Shown here: in pieces, positions 28,577 through 37,363 of the stretch | Layout: every line of letters begins with the position of its first letter | How positions within the stretch are numbered: the stretch's first letter is position 1 | NCBI GenBank assembly: GCA_034434335.1 | Contig: DAOTZS010000208.1 | Location: forward strand, 1 to 58,367 | DNA length: 58,367 nt | DNA from: Anaerolineae bacterium | Lineage (GTDB): Bacteria > Chloroflexota > Anaerolineae > CG2-30-64-16 | Reading direction: 5' to 3' | Made by a program: the position numbers and the translations under genes | The notes under the pieces: model-generated | What the model saw: only the letters and a program-made list of their open reading frames with translations | The model's database searches: none | Told to the model about the DNA's origin: nothing

Positions 28577-29980
28577 CTATCGCCTGGGCTCGGCCTGAAG
28601 CCTGGCAGCCTGAGCCGGGTCGCCGATATGGAGCGTATCATATGCTTGCTGCGAGCTCTTAAAGGGGCCAATGCCGGCATGGCCATGCCAGTCACCCTGG
28701 GTATGGATGGGGTTGGGGAGCCCTGTCTCTTGCTCGCGGCGCGCCAGCCAGGCCTCCATGCGCTTCTGCAACAGGGACACGATGTCCGGGTGCTGATCGG
28801 CCAGATTGATGTTTTCTCCGGGATCTTCCACCAGGTTGTAGAGTTCAACTGGTGGCTTGAAGTGGAAGTCTGGCTCCAGGGCCAGGATCAGCTTCCATTG
28901 GGGAGTGCGCCAGCCGTGCTTGCGCATCCATGTGCACTCTGTAATGTAGAATTCGCTTTCATAGGAGGCGATTTCACCGCTGATCAGAGGCAACAGGCTC
29001 TTGCCGTCGAACTGAATGTCGGTCTCAATCCCTGCCAGCTCGAGAAGGGTGGGCATCAGGTCCTGGTGACGGTTATAGCCGGCCACGCGCCGTCCCTGCG
29101 GCACCCTGGCAGGGTAGCGGATGATCAGCGGCACGTGCAGGGTCTGATCGTAGAGGCCGTGGTGGTCGAAGTAGCATTCGTGGTCGTACAATGTCTCACC
29201 GTGGTCGCTGTTGATCACCACGATCGTCTGGTCGAGGATGTCCAGCTTTTCCAGGGCCGTGAAGATGGTTTGCATGGCCGCGTCCATATAGGCAACCGCG
29301 CCATCATACTGAGCAATCACATAATCCTTGTCTGTGATCCCTGGCGGCATCCAACTGGCGAAAAAGTCCCGGAAGGGCTTGAAGGCCATCACGGGCTCCA
29401 TGGACTTGTTTCTGGGATCGCACTCGTTGCCGTGGTAGAACATGCGCTCGAACGGCTCCGGTGGCAGGTATGGGGCATGGGGGTCCATATGGCGCAGGAA
29501 GAGGAAGAAAGGCTCCCTCTGTTTTGCCAGGCGCTCGAGTTCGGGGATTGCCACCCTGTTCAGGTTTTGCGCCTTGGGGCTGCGTCCTTCGTTCCAGCTA
29601 CCCCATCCCTCGTAAGTCAGGTAGGTATCGAAGCCTCGCGAGGCAGGATTGCCGCTGAAGCCCACACAGGTGGTTTGATAGCCCTTTTCACGCAAGACCT
29701 CAGCCAGGGTTTTGACTTCTGGCCGCAGAGGGCCCTTATGGCGCAAGGCCACGACCTGGGTGTTGAACAGGTCCATGCCGGTCAACATGGCCGCATAAGC
29801 CGGGGTAGTAGGGATATAAGCACTGTACGTGCGTTCGAACAAGGTGCCTTCTGTGGCGAAACGATCGATATGAGGTGTGGTCAGGCGATGATAGCCGTAG
29901 CAGCTCATGTGGTCGGCGCGAAGGGAGTCGATGCCTATGAGCACGATGTTAGGATAACGAGGCTTCCGTCGAGGTGACAT
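28577..29980 (-). CDS. Sulfatase-like alkaline-phosphatase-superfamily hydrolase/transferase lacking the Cys/Ser-x-Pro-x-Arg formylglycine motif
   Basis: 'IVLIGIDSLRADHMSCYG' and 'INSDHGE'. The position of the C-T-P-S-R motif reads 'T-T-P-A-Y-AAMLTG' (nt 29795-29809). ATG at 29980 follows AGGAGGA. Confidence 0.8.
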   Translation of the reverse strand: MSPRRKPRYPNIVLIGIDSLRADHMSCYGYHRLTTPHIDRFATEGTLFERTYSAYIPTTPAYAAMLTGMDLFNTQVVALRHKGPLRPEVKTLAEVLREKGYQTTCVGFSGNPASRGFDTYLTYEGWGSWNEGRSPKAQNLNRVAIPELERLAKQREPFFLFLRHMDPHAPYLPPEPFERMFYHGNECDPRNKSMEPVMAFKPFRDFFASWMPPGITDKDYVIAQYDGAVAYMDAAMQTIFTALEKLDILDQTIVVINSDHGETLYDHECYFDHHGLYDQTLHVPLIIRYPARVPQGRRVAGYNRHQDLMPTLLELAGIETDIQFDGKSLLPLISGEIASYESEFYITECTWMRKHGWRTPQWKLILALEPDFHFKPPVELYNLVEDPGENINLADQHPDIVSLLQKRMEAWLARREQETGLPNPIHTQGDWHGHAGIGPFKSSQQAYDTLHIGDPAQAARLQAEPRR

Positions 29981-30038
29981 AATTCCTCCTGACTCAGGGG
30001 CTAAAAAGATGCCTGATGGGTTGGGTCGCTGATATCGT

Positions 30039-31970
30039 CTATGGCAAGAACTCTTCCAATCCAAGCAAACGCAGGCGTTCTGGGGTAGGCACCCCCTCCG
30101 GGGTCCACCCCATGAGGGCATACCAGGTCTGGCGAGCCCGGTAGAAGGCCTCTTCCGTGATCTCAATCCCGGCCAGTGGCCCTTCTCGGAAGGCCTGCAT
30201 TACCCTGCGGGGCAACTTATCGTCTGCAGCGGAGAAGCCTTCGCGCAGATTGAACAGCCGTGCCAGGGTTTGGGCGCGCTCACCCACGGCCAGGATATCG
30301 CGCGGGGTATACTGGTGGCCGGTTGCCCCGCTCAGCGCCTGGGCCAGATGGGTGTAGTCGTAGGGGTAGAACATACAGCATAGGGCACAATCCTGGAAGT
30401 GTTGCCAGTTGACCTCGTGGTAGAACAGCTCCATCTTCTCCGGCCCCAAGTCGGTGGCCGAGAGTGGGCCAACACGGTATACCAGGTTGACGCGGTCCAA
30501 CCCCCTGCCAGGGGCGGTATACCCTGTGTCGTGGATGTTCATCATGTGGTCTGCACCTACGGGCGCAACGGCATAGCCCACGCCCAGGGCATGTTTCAGC
30601 CGCGGCTCATGCATCGGCAGTTCCTGGCCTTTGACCTCCACCGTGTATGCCTCGGCACCCTGGCCAATCAGCCGTGCCAGCCGACGGGTGCCCAGCGCCA
30701 TTTGTGCGCCGAATCCGCGACGGTGCGCTATCAATTCCAGGGCCTCAAGCAGGGCGGTGGCGTCTCCCCAGCGCGGCAGAAAGCCATCGGTTTGCTCGGC
30801 CGTCAGCAGCCCGCGCTCGACACATTCCATCACGAAAGCAATGGTCATCCCGGTGCTGATCGTGTCCAGGCCCCAGCGGGCTGCCAGCTCATTAGCTTTG
30901 GCCACGGCAATCAGATCATCTATGCCGCAAGCGCTGCCGAGCGCAGCCAGCGATTCGTACTCCGGGCCTCCGTAGACCGGCTCTATGCGATGCACCGCGT
31001 CCTGGCTCACCCGCAACGGTGTGCTCGCCGTCCACTCGCTGAGCCGTTGTCGGGCTTGCTCGGAATCGTATTCCACCACCTGTTTGCACTGGATGGGACA
31101 GGCCTGGCAGGTATCGCGACGGATCAGGATCGTGCGCTGCATGGTCTGGCCGCTGATGCTGTCAGCACCTTCAAATACCGGGTCCCGGAAGTTGCGGGTT
31201 GGCAGCCCACCGCTGCGGTTGAGGTTGTTCACACCCGCTGGTGTGCCCATCTCAACCGCCCAAGCAGCCAGTTCCCGATAATTATCACCCAACCATTTGG
31301 CAACCTCCTGAAGCTGACGGTGATCAGCTACCGGAACAGTTTGCGTGCCACGGACTGCCACCGCCTTCAGACGCTTGCTGCCCATAACTGCACCCAGCCC
31401 ATTCCGCCCAGCCGCGCGGTTGGCATCGTGGATTATGCAGGCAAAGAGGACCTGGTTCTCGCCGGCGATGCCGCATTGCGCCACTCGGACGCGTTCGTCA
31501 CCCAACTCATTGCGAATCAAGCCCTGCACCTCGGCTGTCTCACGTCCCCACAGATGAGCAGCCGGACGGATCTCAGCCTGGCCATCGTGGATCCAGAGAT
31601 AAACTGGCTGGTCTGCCTGGCCGTGCACTACCAGTGCATCAAACCCTGCTCGTTTGAACTCGTGCCCCCACCAACCACCGGCCTCTGAGCTACCCAGCGC
31701 ACCAGTAAGCGGGCTTTTGCCGCCTACTCCATGCCGGCCAGCCCCTGGAAGGTTTGTCCCTTGCAAGATCCCCGGGGCGAAGATCAGCAAGTTTTGTGGT
31801 CCCAGGGGATCTGCTCCCTGTGGCAGATCGCGCAGCAGGAGATATGACACCAGCGCTCGCCCGCCTACCAGCTTGAGGTACAGTTCATCTGGGGGCGTCT
31901 CTGTCCAAATGTGCCGCGAGGTGAGGTCTGCATGCAGGATCTTCCCCCATGTACCAGCAACACTCATCAT
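30039..31970 (-). CDS. Aldehyde:ferredoxin oxidoreductase family (tungstopterin type)
   Basis: N-terminal 'GKILHADLT...GGRALVSYLL' and full-length colinearity with the AOR family as I recall it. ATG follows AAGGAGGA. Confidence 0.85.
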   Translation of the reverse strand: MMSVAGTWGKILHADLTSRHIWTETPPDELYLKLVGGRALVSYLLLRDLPQGADPLGPQNLLIFAPGILQGTNLPGAGRHGVGGKSPLTGALGSSEAGGWWGHEFKRAGFDALVVHGQADQPVYLWIHDGQAEIRPAAHLWGRETAEVQGLIRNELGDERVRVAQCGIAGENQVLFACIIHDANRAAGRNGLGAVMGSKRLKAVAVRGTQTVPVADHRQLQEVAKWLGDNYRELAAWAVEMGTPAGVNNLNRSGGLPTRNFRDPVFEGADSISGQTMQRTILIRRDTCQACPIQCKQVVEYDSEQARQRLSEWTASTPLRVSQDAVHRIEPVYGGPEYESLAALGSACGIDDLIAVAKANELAARWGLDTISTGMTIAFVMECVERGLLTAEQTDGFLPRWGDATALLEALELIAHRRGFGAQMALGTRRLARLIGQGAEAYTVEVKGQELPMHEPRLKHALGVGYAVAPVGADHMMNIHDTGYTAPGRGLDRVNLVYRVGPLSATDLGPEKMELFYHEVNWQHFQDCALCCMFYPYDYTHLAQALSGATGHQYTPRDILAVGERAQTLARLFNLREGFSAADDKLPRRVMQAFREGPLAGIEITEEAFYRARQTWYALMGWTPEGVPTPERLRLLGLEEFLP

Positions 31971-32031
31971 ATCCTCCTTGTGGGCCTTTCCGGAAGTCCC
32001 TGGGATTCTCAGGAAGGTGACAGGGGGCCGT

Positions 32032-32250
32032 CTAGCCGCCAGCGGGCGCTGGGATCAGTTGTACGATGTCGTTGTCTTGCAACCGCGTGTGCCAACTTGC
32101 CAGCCGGCCGTTCACCAGGATGATGAGTCCGGGACGATCAGAAACAGCCAGGCGCTCAATGGCCTGGCCTGCTGTCTCAACCCCTTCCACAGCTGTGCGT
32201 TGAGGGGTAGAAGCAGGACGAAAGCCAGCGATTTCCACAATGACGGCCAT
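32032..32250 (-). CDS. MoaD/ThiS-family ubiquitin-like small protein ending in Gly-Gly
   Basis: 72 aa with C-terminus 'LIPAPAGG*'. ATG at 32250 follows GGAGAG. Confidence 0.7.
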   Translation of the reverse strand: MAVIVEIAGFRPASTPQRTAVEGVETAGQAIERLAVSDRPGLIILVNGRLASWHTRLQDNDIVQLIPAPAGG

Positions 32251-32306
32251 AGGATGGCTCTCCGAGGCAACCCGTACATGGCGCCCAGCGCTCACAAAGC
32301 TGAATT

Positions 32307-32468
32307 GTAACTATTCAGGCCGATTGAAATCGCCCCTCCTGGGCACTTCGTGCCGGGTGTCGGCGGAGGCCGACACCCTTCATGTATGCATCATGAGAGA
32401 GGTCGGCGAAGGCCGACCTCTGGCCGCAGGCCCAAAAGGGTGACTTCCAGTCACCGCTGAATAGTTAC
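32307..32468 (+). mobile_element. MITE-like element, short variant, copy 3
   Basis: GTAACTATTCAGG ... GCTGAATAGTTAC. Flanks are GCTGAATT / GCTGAGTT (7 of 8 identical). Near-identical to copy 2. Confidence 0.85.
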
Positions 32469-32543
32469 GCTGAGTTTACATGTATGAGCGTTTTTCTGCA
32501 AACTGGAGGGCTTGTAGGTGGCTGAGGCTGGAGCTTGGGTTCT

Positions 32544-32572
32544 TTGACAACGCGTTGAGCTGGGGCTAGAAT
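32544..32572 (+). promoter_or_regulatory. Near-consensus sigma70-type promoter
   Basis: TTGACA (32544-32549), a 17-nt spacer, TAGAAT (32567-32572), about 70 nt upstream of the aminotransferase ATG. Confidence 0.7.
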
Positions 32573-32640
32573 AGCTCGCAACTACCTAATTGAGCCCTGC
32601 CCCCATGGGGGGCCATCCTTGCCAAAGGAGCTACACCGTA

Positions 32641-33765
32641 ATGGAAATGCAGCAACCCTCTCGCTATTCCGACCTCGATCTCTCCCCGCGTCTGTTGCTG
32701 GGGCCTGGCCCAAGTATGATACCTCCTCGCGTGCTGAGGGTGATGGCAACACCTGTTGTGGGCTATATGGACCCACAATACTTGAGCCTGATGGACGAAA
32801 CTCAGGCCTTGCTGCGCATGGTGTTCCAAACCACGAACCCGCTGACACTGGCCTTGCCCGGCACTGGCAGCGCTGGCATGGAAGCCTCTTTGTACAACTT
32901 CATCGAAGAAGGAGACCGGGTCCTGATCTGTGTGGCTGGTTTCTTTGGGGAACGCATGGTAGAGATGGCGGCCCGGGCACATGCTGATGTGCAGCGCATT
33001 GAGGTGCCGTGGGGGCAGGTTTTCAGCGCGCGCCAGATCGAGGAAGCATTGCGTGCCCGGCCTGCTCGACTGGTGGCCATTGTCCATGGCGAGACGTCTA
33101 CGGGGGTTTGTCAGCCCCTGGAGGAGATCGCCGAGGTAGTGCATCGGCACGGCGCCTTGTTACTGGTTGACACGGTAGCCTCCCTTGGAGGGGTGTCGGT
33201 GCCAGTAGATCAACTGGGCATTGACATCTGCTACACCGGTTCTCAGAAATGCCTCAGTGCGCCGCCAGGGTTGGCGCCGATTACGGTTGGGCCGGCCGGC
33301 GAAGAGGCTCTCGGGCGGCGCAAGAAACCGGTTCAAAGCTGGTACCTCGACCTGACGCTGATCCGCAAGTATTGGGGACCTGAGCGAGTCTATCACCATA
33401 CAGGCCCGATGAGCATGGTCTACGCGCTGCGTGAGGCATTGCGACTGGTGGAAGAGGAGGGATTGGCCGCGCGTTGCGAACGACATAGCCGCGTGGCGCG
33501 CATGCTGTGGGAAGGGTTGGAGGCATTAGGTCTGCGCCTGGTTGTGCCCCTCGAATACCGGCTGCCCACCTTGACAACTGTATATGTGCCCGACGGGGTG
33601 GATGAGGCCTATGTGCGGCGTCGTCTGCTGGAAGAGTACAATATTGAGATCGCCGGTGGGTTGGGTGCGTTTCGGGGTCGAGCCTGGCGGATTGGGTTGA
33701 TGGGGCACTCGTGTCGCCCGGAGAACGTCGTTACACTCTTGGCTGCGCTGGAGCGGGTTCTATAA
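32641..33765 (+). CDS. Class V aminotransferase (serine-pyruvate / alanine-glyoxylate type)
   Basis: 'LLGPGPSMIPPRV' and the PLP-lysine context 'GSQKCLSAPPGLA'. ATG follows AAGGAG. Confidence 0.85.
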   Translation: MEMQQPSRYSDLDLSPRLLLGPGPSMIPPRVLRVMATPVVGYMDPQYLSLMDETQALLRMVFQTTNPLTLALPGTGSAGMEASLYNFIEEGDRVLICVAGFFGERMVEMAARAHADVQRIEVPWGQVFSARQIEEALRARPARLVAIVHGETSTGVCQPLEEIAEVVHRHGALLLVDTVASLGGVSVPVDQLGIDICYTGSQKCLSAPPGLAPITVGPAGEEALGRRKKPVQSWYLDLTLIRKYWGPERVYHHTGPMSMVYALREALRLVEEEGLAARCERHSRVARMLWEGLEALGLRLVVPLEYRLPTLTTVYVPDGVDEAYVRRRLLEEYNIEIAGGLGAFRGRAWRIGLMGHSCRPENVVTLLAALERVL

Positions 33766-35312
33766 TGCGGTTTGGGGGAGGCCAGCCATTGATTCTGTTC
33801 CGAGCTATCTATGCCGCGGTCATTCTCTGGCTGGCGGTTTATAGCCTGCAGGCCCTCGTTTTGACCCTACTTTACCTCCGACATCGCCATGAAGAGCGGC
33901 CGTCCATAGTGGTGCAAGAGGACTCCTGGCCTCTGGTGGCGGTTCAATTGCCGGTTTGCAACGAGCAGCATGTGATCGAACGCCTGATTGATGCCGCCGC
34001 CGCTCTGGACTATCCCCATGACCGCCTGGAAATCCAGATCTTGGACGATTCCAGTGATGCGACCACCGCGTTGGCCCAGGCCCGTGCCGCGCACTATCGG
34101 GCCAGGGGGATCAACGTGCAGGTATTGCGCCGGCCTGCGCGCGTGGGGTTCAAGGCGGGGGCACTGGCCTGGGGCCTGGCTCATACGCGTGCTGAATTCC
34201 TGGCGGTGTTCGATGCCGACTTCAGCCCGCGGCCCGATTTCCTCCGCCGGACAATCCCCTACATGCTCGCTGACCCTTCTCTTGGCCTGATTCAAACACG
34301 CTGGTCGCACTTGAACTACACCTATTCACCTCTGACGCGCGTGCAGGCCCTGGCCCTGGACGGACATTTCGTGGTCGAACAGACCGGCCGTAACCGTGCC
34401 GGCCTGCTGATCAACTTCAACGGCTCAGGAGGGGTTTGGCGGCGAAGTTGCATTGAGAGCGTGGGGGGCTGGCAGGCCGATACCATGACCGAGGACATGG
34501 ATCTCTCTTATCGGGCCCAGTTGGCTGGTTGGCGTGCTCTGTATCTCCCCAATGTGGATGCGCCAGCCGAACTGCCCCCGCAAATGGAGGCTTTCAAGCG
34601 TCAGCAGGCGCGCTGGGCTCAGGGCTCAGTGCAATGCCTGCGCAAGTTGGGCCTCCGGGTCATTCGCAGCCGGCTCAGCGTGCCGCAGAAGGTGATGGCA
34701 CTGCTGCACATGAGCAGTTATCTTGCTCAGCCCTTGATGGTTTTGTGGCTGCTAGTTATGCTCCCTCTACTACTGCATGCCGAGTTGCCGCGCGGTCCAG
34801 TTGTGGGCCTGGGGCTGGTCGGCCTGGGATTGCCCATGCTATACATCGTGGCTACAAGGGCTCTGTATCCTGATTGGAAGCGGCGGATACTTTACTTTCC
34901 ACTGCTGGCGGCCGTAGCCACAGGGATCACCTGGAGCACCAGCCGGGCCGTTTGGGAGGGGCTTACGCGCTGGGGTGGCATCTTTCAGCGCACCCCCAAG
35001 TTCAGGTTGGAGGGCCGGCATGGTCAGTGGCATAGCAGCGTCTATCGCCTGTGGCCCGACCGCACCGTGGTGGGGGAACTGATCCTGTTGCTCTATGCGC
35101 TGGCCACTACGGTAGTTGCCGTGTTGCGTGGCGCTTTTGGCACGCTTCCGTTTCTGTTGCTTTACGTCATTGGGTATGCGATGGCAGCAGGGGCAAGCCT
35201 ATGGCAGGGGCGCCAGCGTAGCGCTGGTCATCTGGGATTATGGCTGGTAGCCAAGGTGCCATGGCCATGGTTGAGGGCGGGGGCCTGCTCAGGCCCTCCT
35301 ACGGCGCCGTAA
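33765..35312 (+). CDS. Integral-membrane family 2 glycosyltransferase (processive CESA/MGlcDAG-synthase-like)
   Basis: 'LDDSSD', 'FDADF', 'TEDMDLSYR' and 'RQQARW' (QxxRW). The start overlaps the upstream stop (TAATG). Confidence 0.85.
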   Translation: MRFGGGQPLILFRAIYAAVILWLAVYSLQALVLTLLYLRHRHEERPSIVVQEDSWPLVAVQLPVCNEQHVIERLIDAAAALDYPHDRLEIQILDDSSDATTALAQARAAHYRARGINVQVLRRPARVGFKAGALAWGLAHTRAEFLAVFDADFSPRPDFLRRTIPYMLADPSLGLIQTRWSHLNYTYSPLTRVQALALDGHFVVEQTGRNRAGLLINFNGSGGVWRRSCIESVGGWQADTMTEDMDLSYRAQLAGWRALYLPNVDAPAELPPQMEAFKRQQARWAQGSVQCLRKLGLRVIRSRLSVPQKVMALLHMSSYLAQPLMVLWLLVMLPLLLHAELPRGPVVGLGLVGLGLPMLYIVATRALYPDWKRRILYFPLLAAVATGITWSTSRAVWEGLTRWGGIFQRTPKFRLEGRHGQWHSSVYRLWPDRTVVGELILLLYALATTVVAVLRGAFGTLPFLLLYVIGYAMAAGASLWQGRQRSAGHLGLWLVAKVPWPWLRAGACSGPPTAP

Positions 35313-36483
35313 TATGGCTCTCTGCAGCCCTCTCAAGGGCGGCAGCCATTCTCTCCAGTGCCTCAGCGAGAATGGCCCGTGGACAGGCAAAGTTTAGACG
35401 GACAAAACCCTCACCGCCTTTGCCAAACAGGGCCCCGTCGTTCAGAGCGACCCTTGCCTCTTGGAGGAAGAATTGCTGTGGATTGCCCGGAATAGTTGTT
35501 TCCCGGCAGTCCAGCCATGCCAGGTACGTCCCTTCCGGCCGCCGCACCTTGATCCCCGGCATATGCGTCCTCACATAGTCAAGCAGGAAGTCACAGTTAG
35601 CTGCCAGATATTGCAAGCAGGCCTCAAGCCACTCTTGGCCCTCTTCATAGGCCGCCAGCGCGGCCACGAATCCCAGGATGTTGACACCGGGCACCAGGTC
35701 GCGGCCTGCAGCTTTCAGGCGAGTACGCAGTTCGGGGTTCTGGACAATCCCCACCGAGCAGTGAAGACCCGCGATATTGTAGGTTTTGCTGGGTGCCATT
35801 AGGGTAATGGTCTGGCTGGCTATCTCTGGGTCAAGGGAAGCGATAGGAAGATGCTGGTTTCCATCCAGGAGAAGATCACAGTGGATCTCGTCTGAACAGA
35901 TTATCACTCGTCGGCGCAGGCAGATCTCGGCCATGCGCTCCAGTTCAGCCTTACGGAAGACACGTCCCACAGGATTGTGGGGGTTGCACAGCAAGAACAC
36001 GCGGGTATGAGCGGTGACTGTCTTCTCCATCAGGTCAAAGTCTACCGTATAATAGCCGTCTGGCTGCCGTGTTAGCTCCATCTCATGGCGGACCATTTTC
36101 GCGTTGCCTGGTGCCCTGAGCATCGGGTAGTAAACGGGAGTCTGCACCAACACTCCTCCGCCAGGTTCGCCAAAGGCCTGACAGACCAGGTTGAAACCGC
36201 TCACGACCCCGGGGATAAACACAATATCTTCTGGTGAAATCTTCCAGTTGTAGAGTTGCTCAAGGCGTGCCACAATTACCTCACGCAAGCGCGACGGCTC
36301 TATGCCATAGCCAAAAATACCATGCTCTACACGCTCGCGAAGAGCACGGATCACGGCTGGCGGGGCTGGGAAGTCCATATCAGCCAGCCAGAGAGGAAGC
36401 ACATCTTCATCGTAGTAATGCCACTTGGCGCTGTCAGATTGGCGCCGGTCTATCACGGTATCAAAGTCATAGGAATGGCTCAT
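35299..36483 (-). CDS. PLP-dependent C-S lyase / aminotransferase class I-II (PatB/MalY-like)
   Basis: 'DRRQSDSAKW' and the PLP-lysine context 'PSKTYNIAG'. Confidence 0.85.
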   Translation of the reverse strand: MSHSYDFDTVIDRRQSDSAKWHYYDEDVLPLWLADMDFPAPPAVIRALRERVEHGIFGYGIEPSRLREVIVARLEQLYNWKISPEDIVFIPGVVSGFNLVCQAFGEPGGGVLVQTPVYYPMLRAPGNAKMVRHEMELTRQPDGYYTVDFDLMEKTVTAHTRVFLLCNPHNPVGRVFRKAELERMAEICLRRRVIICSDEIHCDLLLDGNQHLPIASLDPEIASQTITLMAPSKTYNIAGLHCSVGIVQNPELRTRLKAAGRDLVPGVNILGFVAALAAYEEGQEWLEACLQYLAANCDFLLDYVRTHMPGIKVRRPEGTYLAWLDCRETTIPGNPQQFFLQEARVALNDGALFGKGGEGFVRLNFACPRAILAEALERMAAALERAAESHITAP

Positions 36484-36526
36484 TATTGGTCCCTCGTTCT
36501 ACTTCTGCTCATCCTGCCTCTCTGAG

Positions 36527-37327
36527 CTATGATCCTGGCTGTGCAACCAGTTGTGCCACTCGTCTAACCCAGTGGTCGGGGTTCTCCTCGATTTCGGCAC
36601 GGCTGGCCCAGACGACTCTCCACTCATCGGCAGCCAGGAGATAATCAGGGATCGGACCCTCGTGCAGCTCGTCCTCGGCGCGTGGTTCGTCAGGCACGAT
36701 AAGGGCTACCTTGCCGTGGGGTCCGAAGAAGGCGAAATCGGCTACATACTGTGGCAGATCCTCCCGAAGCGGATATTGTCGTTCAGCGAAGAGGCCGGCT
36801 TGTTTAAGGGCAGCCCAAAGCCGTTCTTGGGCACTGCTTTTGATCCACAGGTCGTTGATTTCCTCGGCCTGATAGAGCCGAGAGAGGGTAGTGGGGATAA
36901 AGGTGATCCTTCGCAGGCGCCGGCTGGGAATAGGGTGTGGGAGAGGGGCAAGGGGTCCCAGCACAACCTTGTAGTAGCGATCATCAGCGCGGGGATGCAT
37001 CGGCTCCTCGGGGATCAGCTCGCGTCGGGTGACGATGTAATAGCCGCATACCGGAGCCAGCCACCGTACAGCCCAACGTTCCTCGGGCGGAAAGGCCCCT
37101 GTAAGGTAGAAAGCAAGATACTCTGCCGCAACGCGCCTCGGTGCCCGGGCGAGGGGAATGCGGTACCAACCCTGGTCACGGGCACGTACCAGGTCTTGCG
37201 GCTGGTTTACAACGACAACGAGCACAGGCGTATCGTGGCCCGTGTCGGTATCTGGGCTGGCTACATCATCAGGTTGTCTTACCTGGTTCGGCGTCACCGC
37301 ATAGCGGCCTGTCATGGGTGAGCTCAT
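36527..37327 (-). CDS. Hypothetical two-part protein: unknown N-terminal domain plus a C-terminal DUF559/Vsr-like endonuclease-like segment
   Basis: The C-terminal 'ERLWAALKQAGLFAERQYPLREDLPQYVADFAFFGPHGKVALIV' resembles the DUF559 pattern (E..LW..L....F.RQ.P.....Y..DF). The N-terminal part is not recognised. Confidence 0.55.
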   Translation of the reverse strand: MSSPMTGRYAVTPNQVRQPDDVASPDTDTGHDTPVLVVVVNQPQDLVRARDQGWYRIPLARAPRRVAAEYLAFYLTGAFPPEERWAVRWLAPVCGYYIVTRRELIPEEPMHPRADDRYYKVVLGPLAPLPHPIPSRRLRRITFIPTTLSRLYQAEEINDLWIKSSAQERLWAALKQAGLFAERQYPLREDLPQYVADFAFFGPHGKVALIVPDEPRAEDELHEGPIPDYLLAADEWRVVWASRAEIEENPDHWVRRVAQLVAQPGS

Positions 37328-37363
37328 GGGAGGAGCGTCCGCGGGAGGGGTTTCTGTCCGGGA

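Noticed and set aside
28628-31688. 449-aa (28628..29977) and 429-aa (30399..31688) plus-strand ORFs opposite the sulfatase-like and AOR genes
   Set aside because: Same reasoning: these are antisense shadow ORFs with no recognisable family features.
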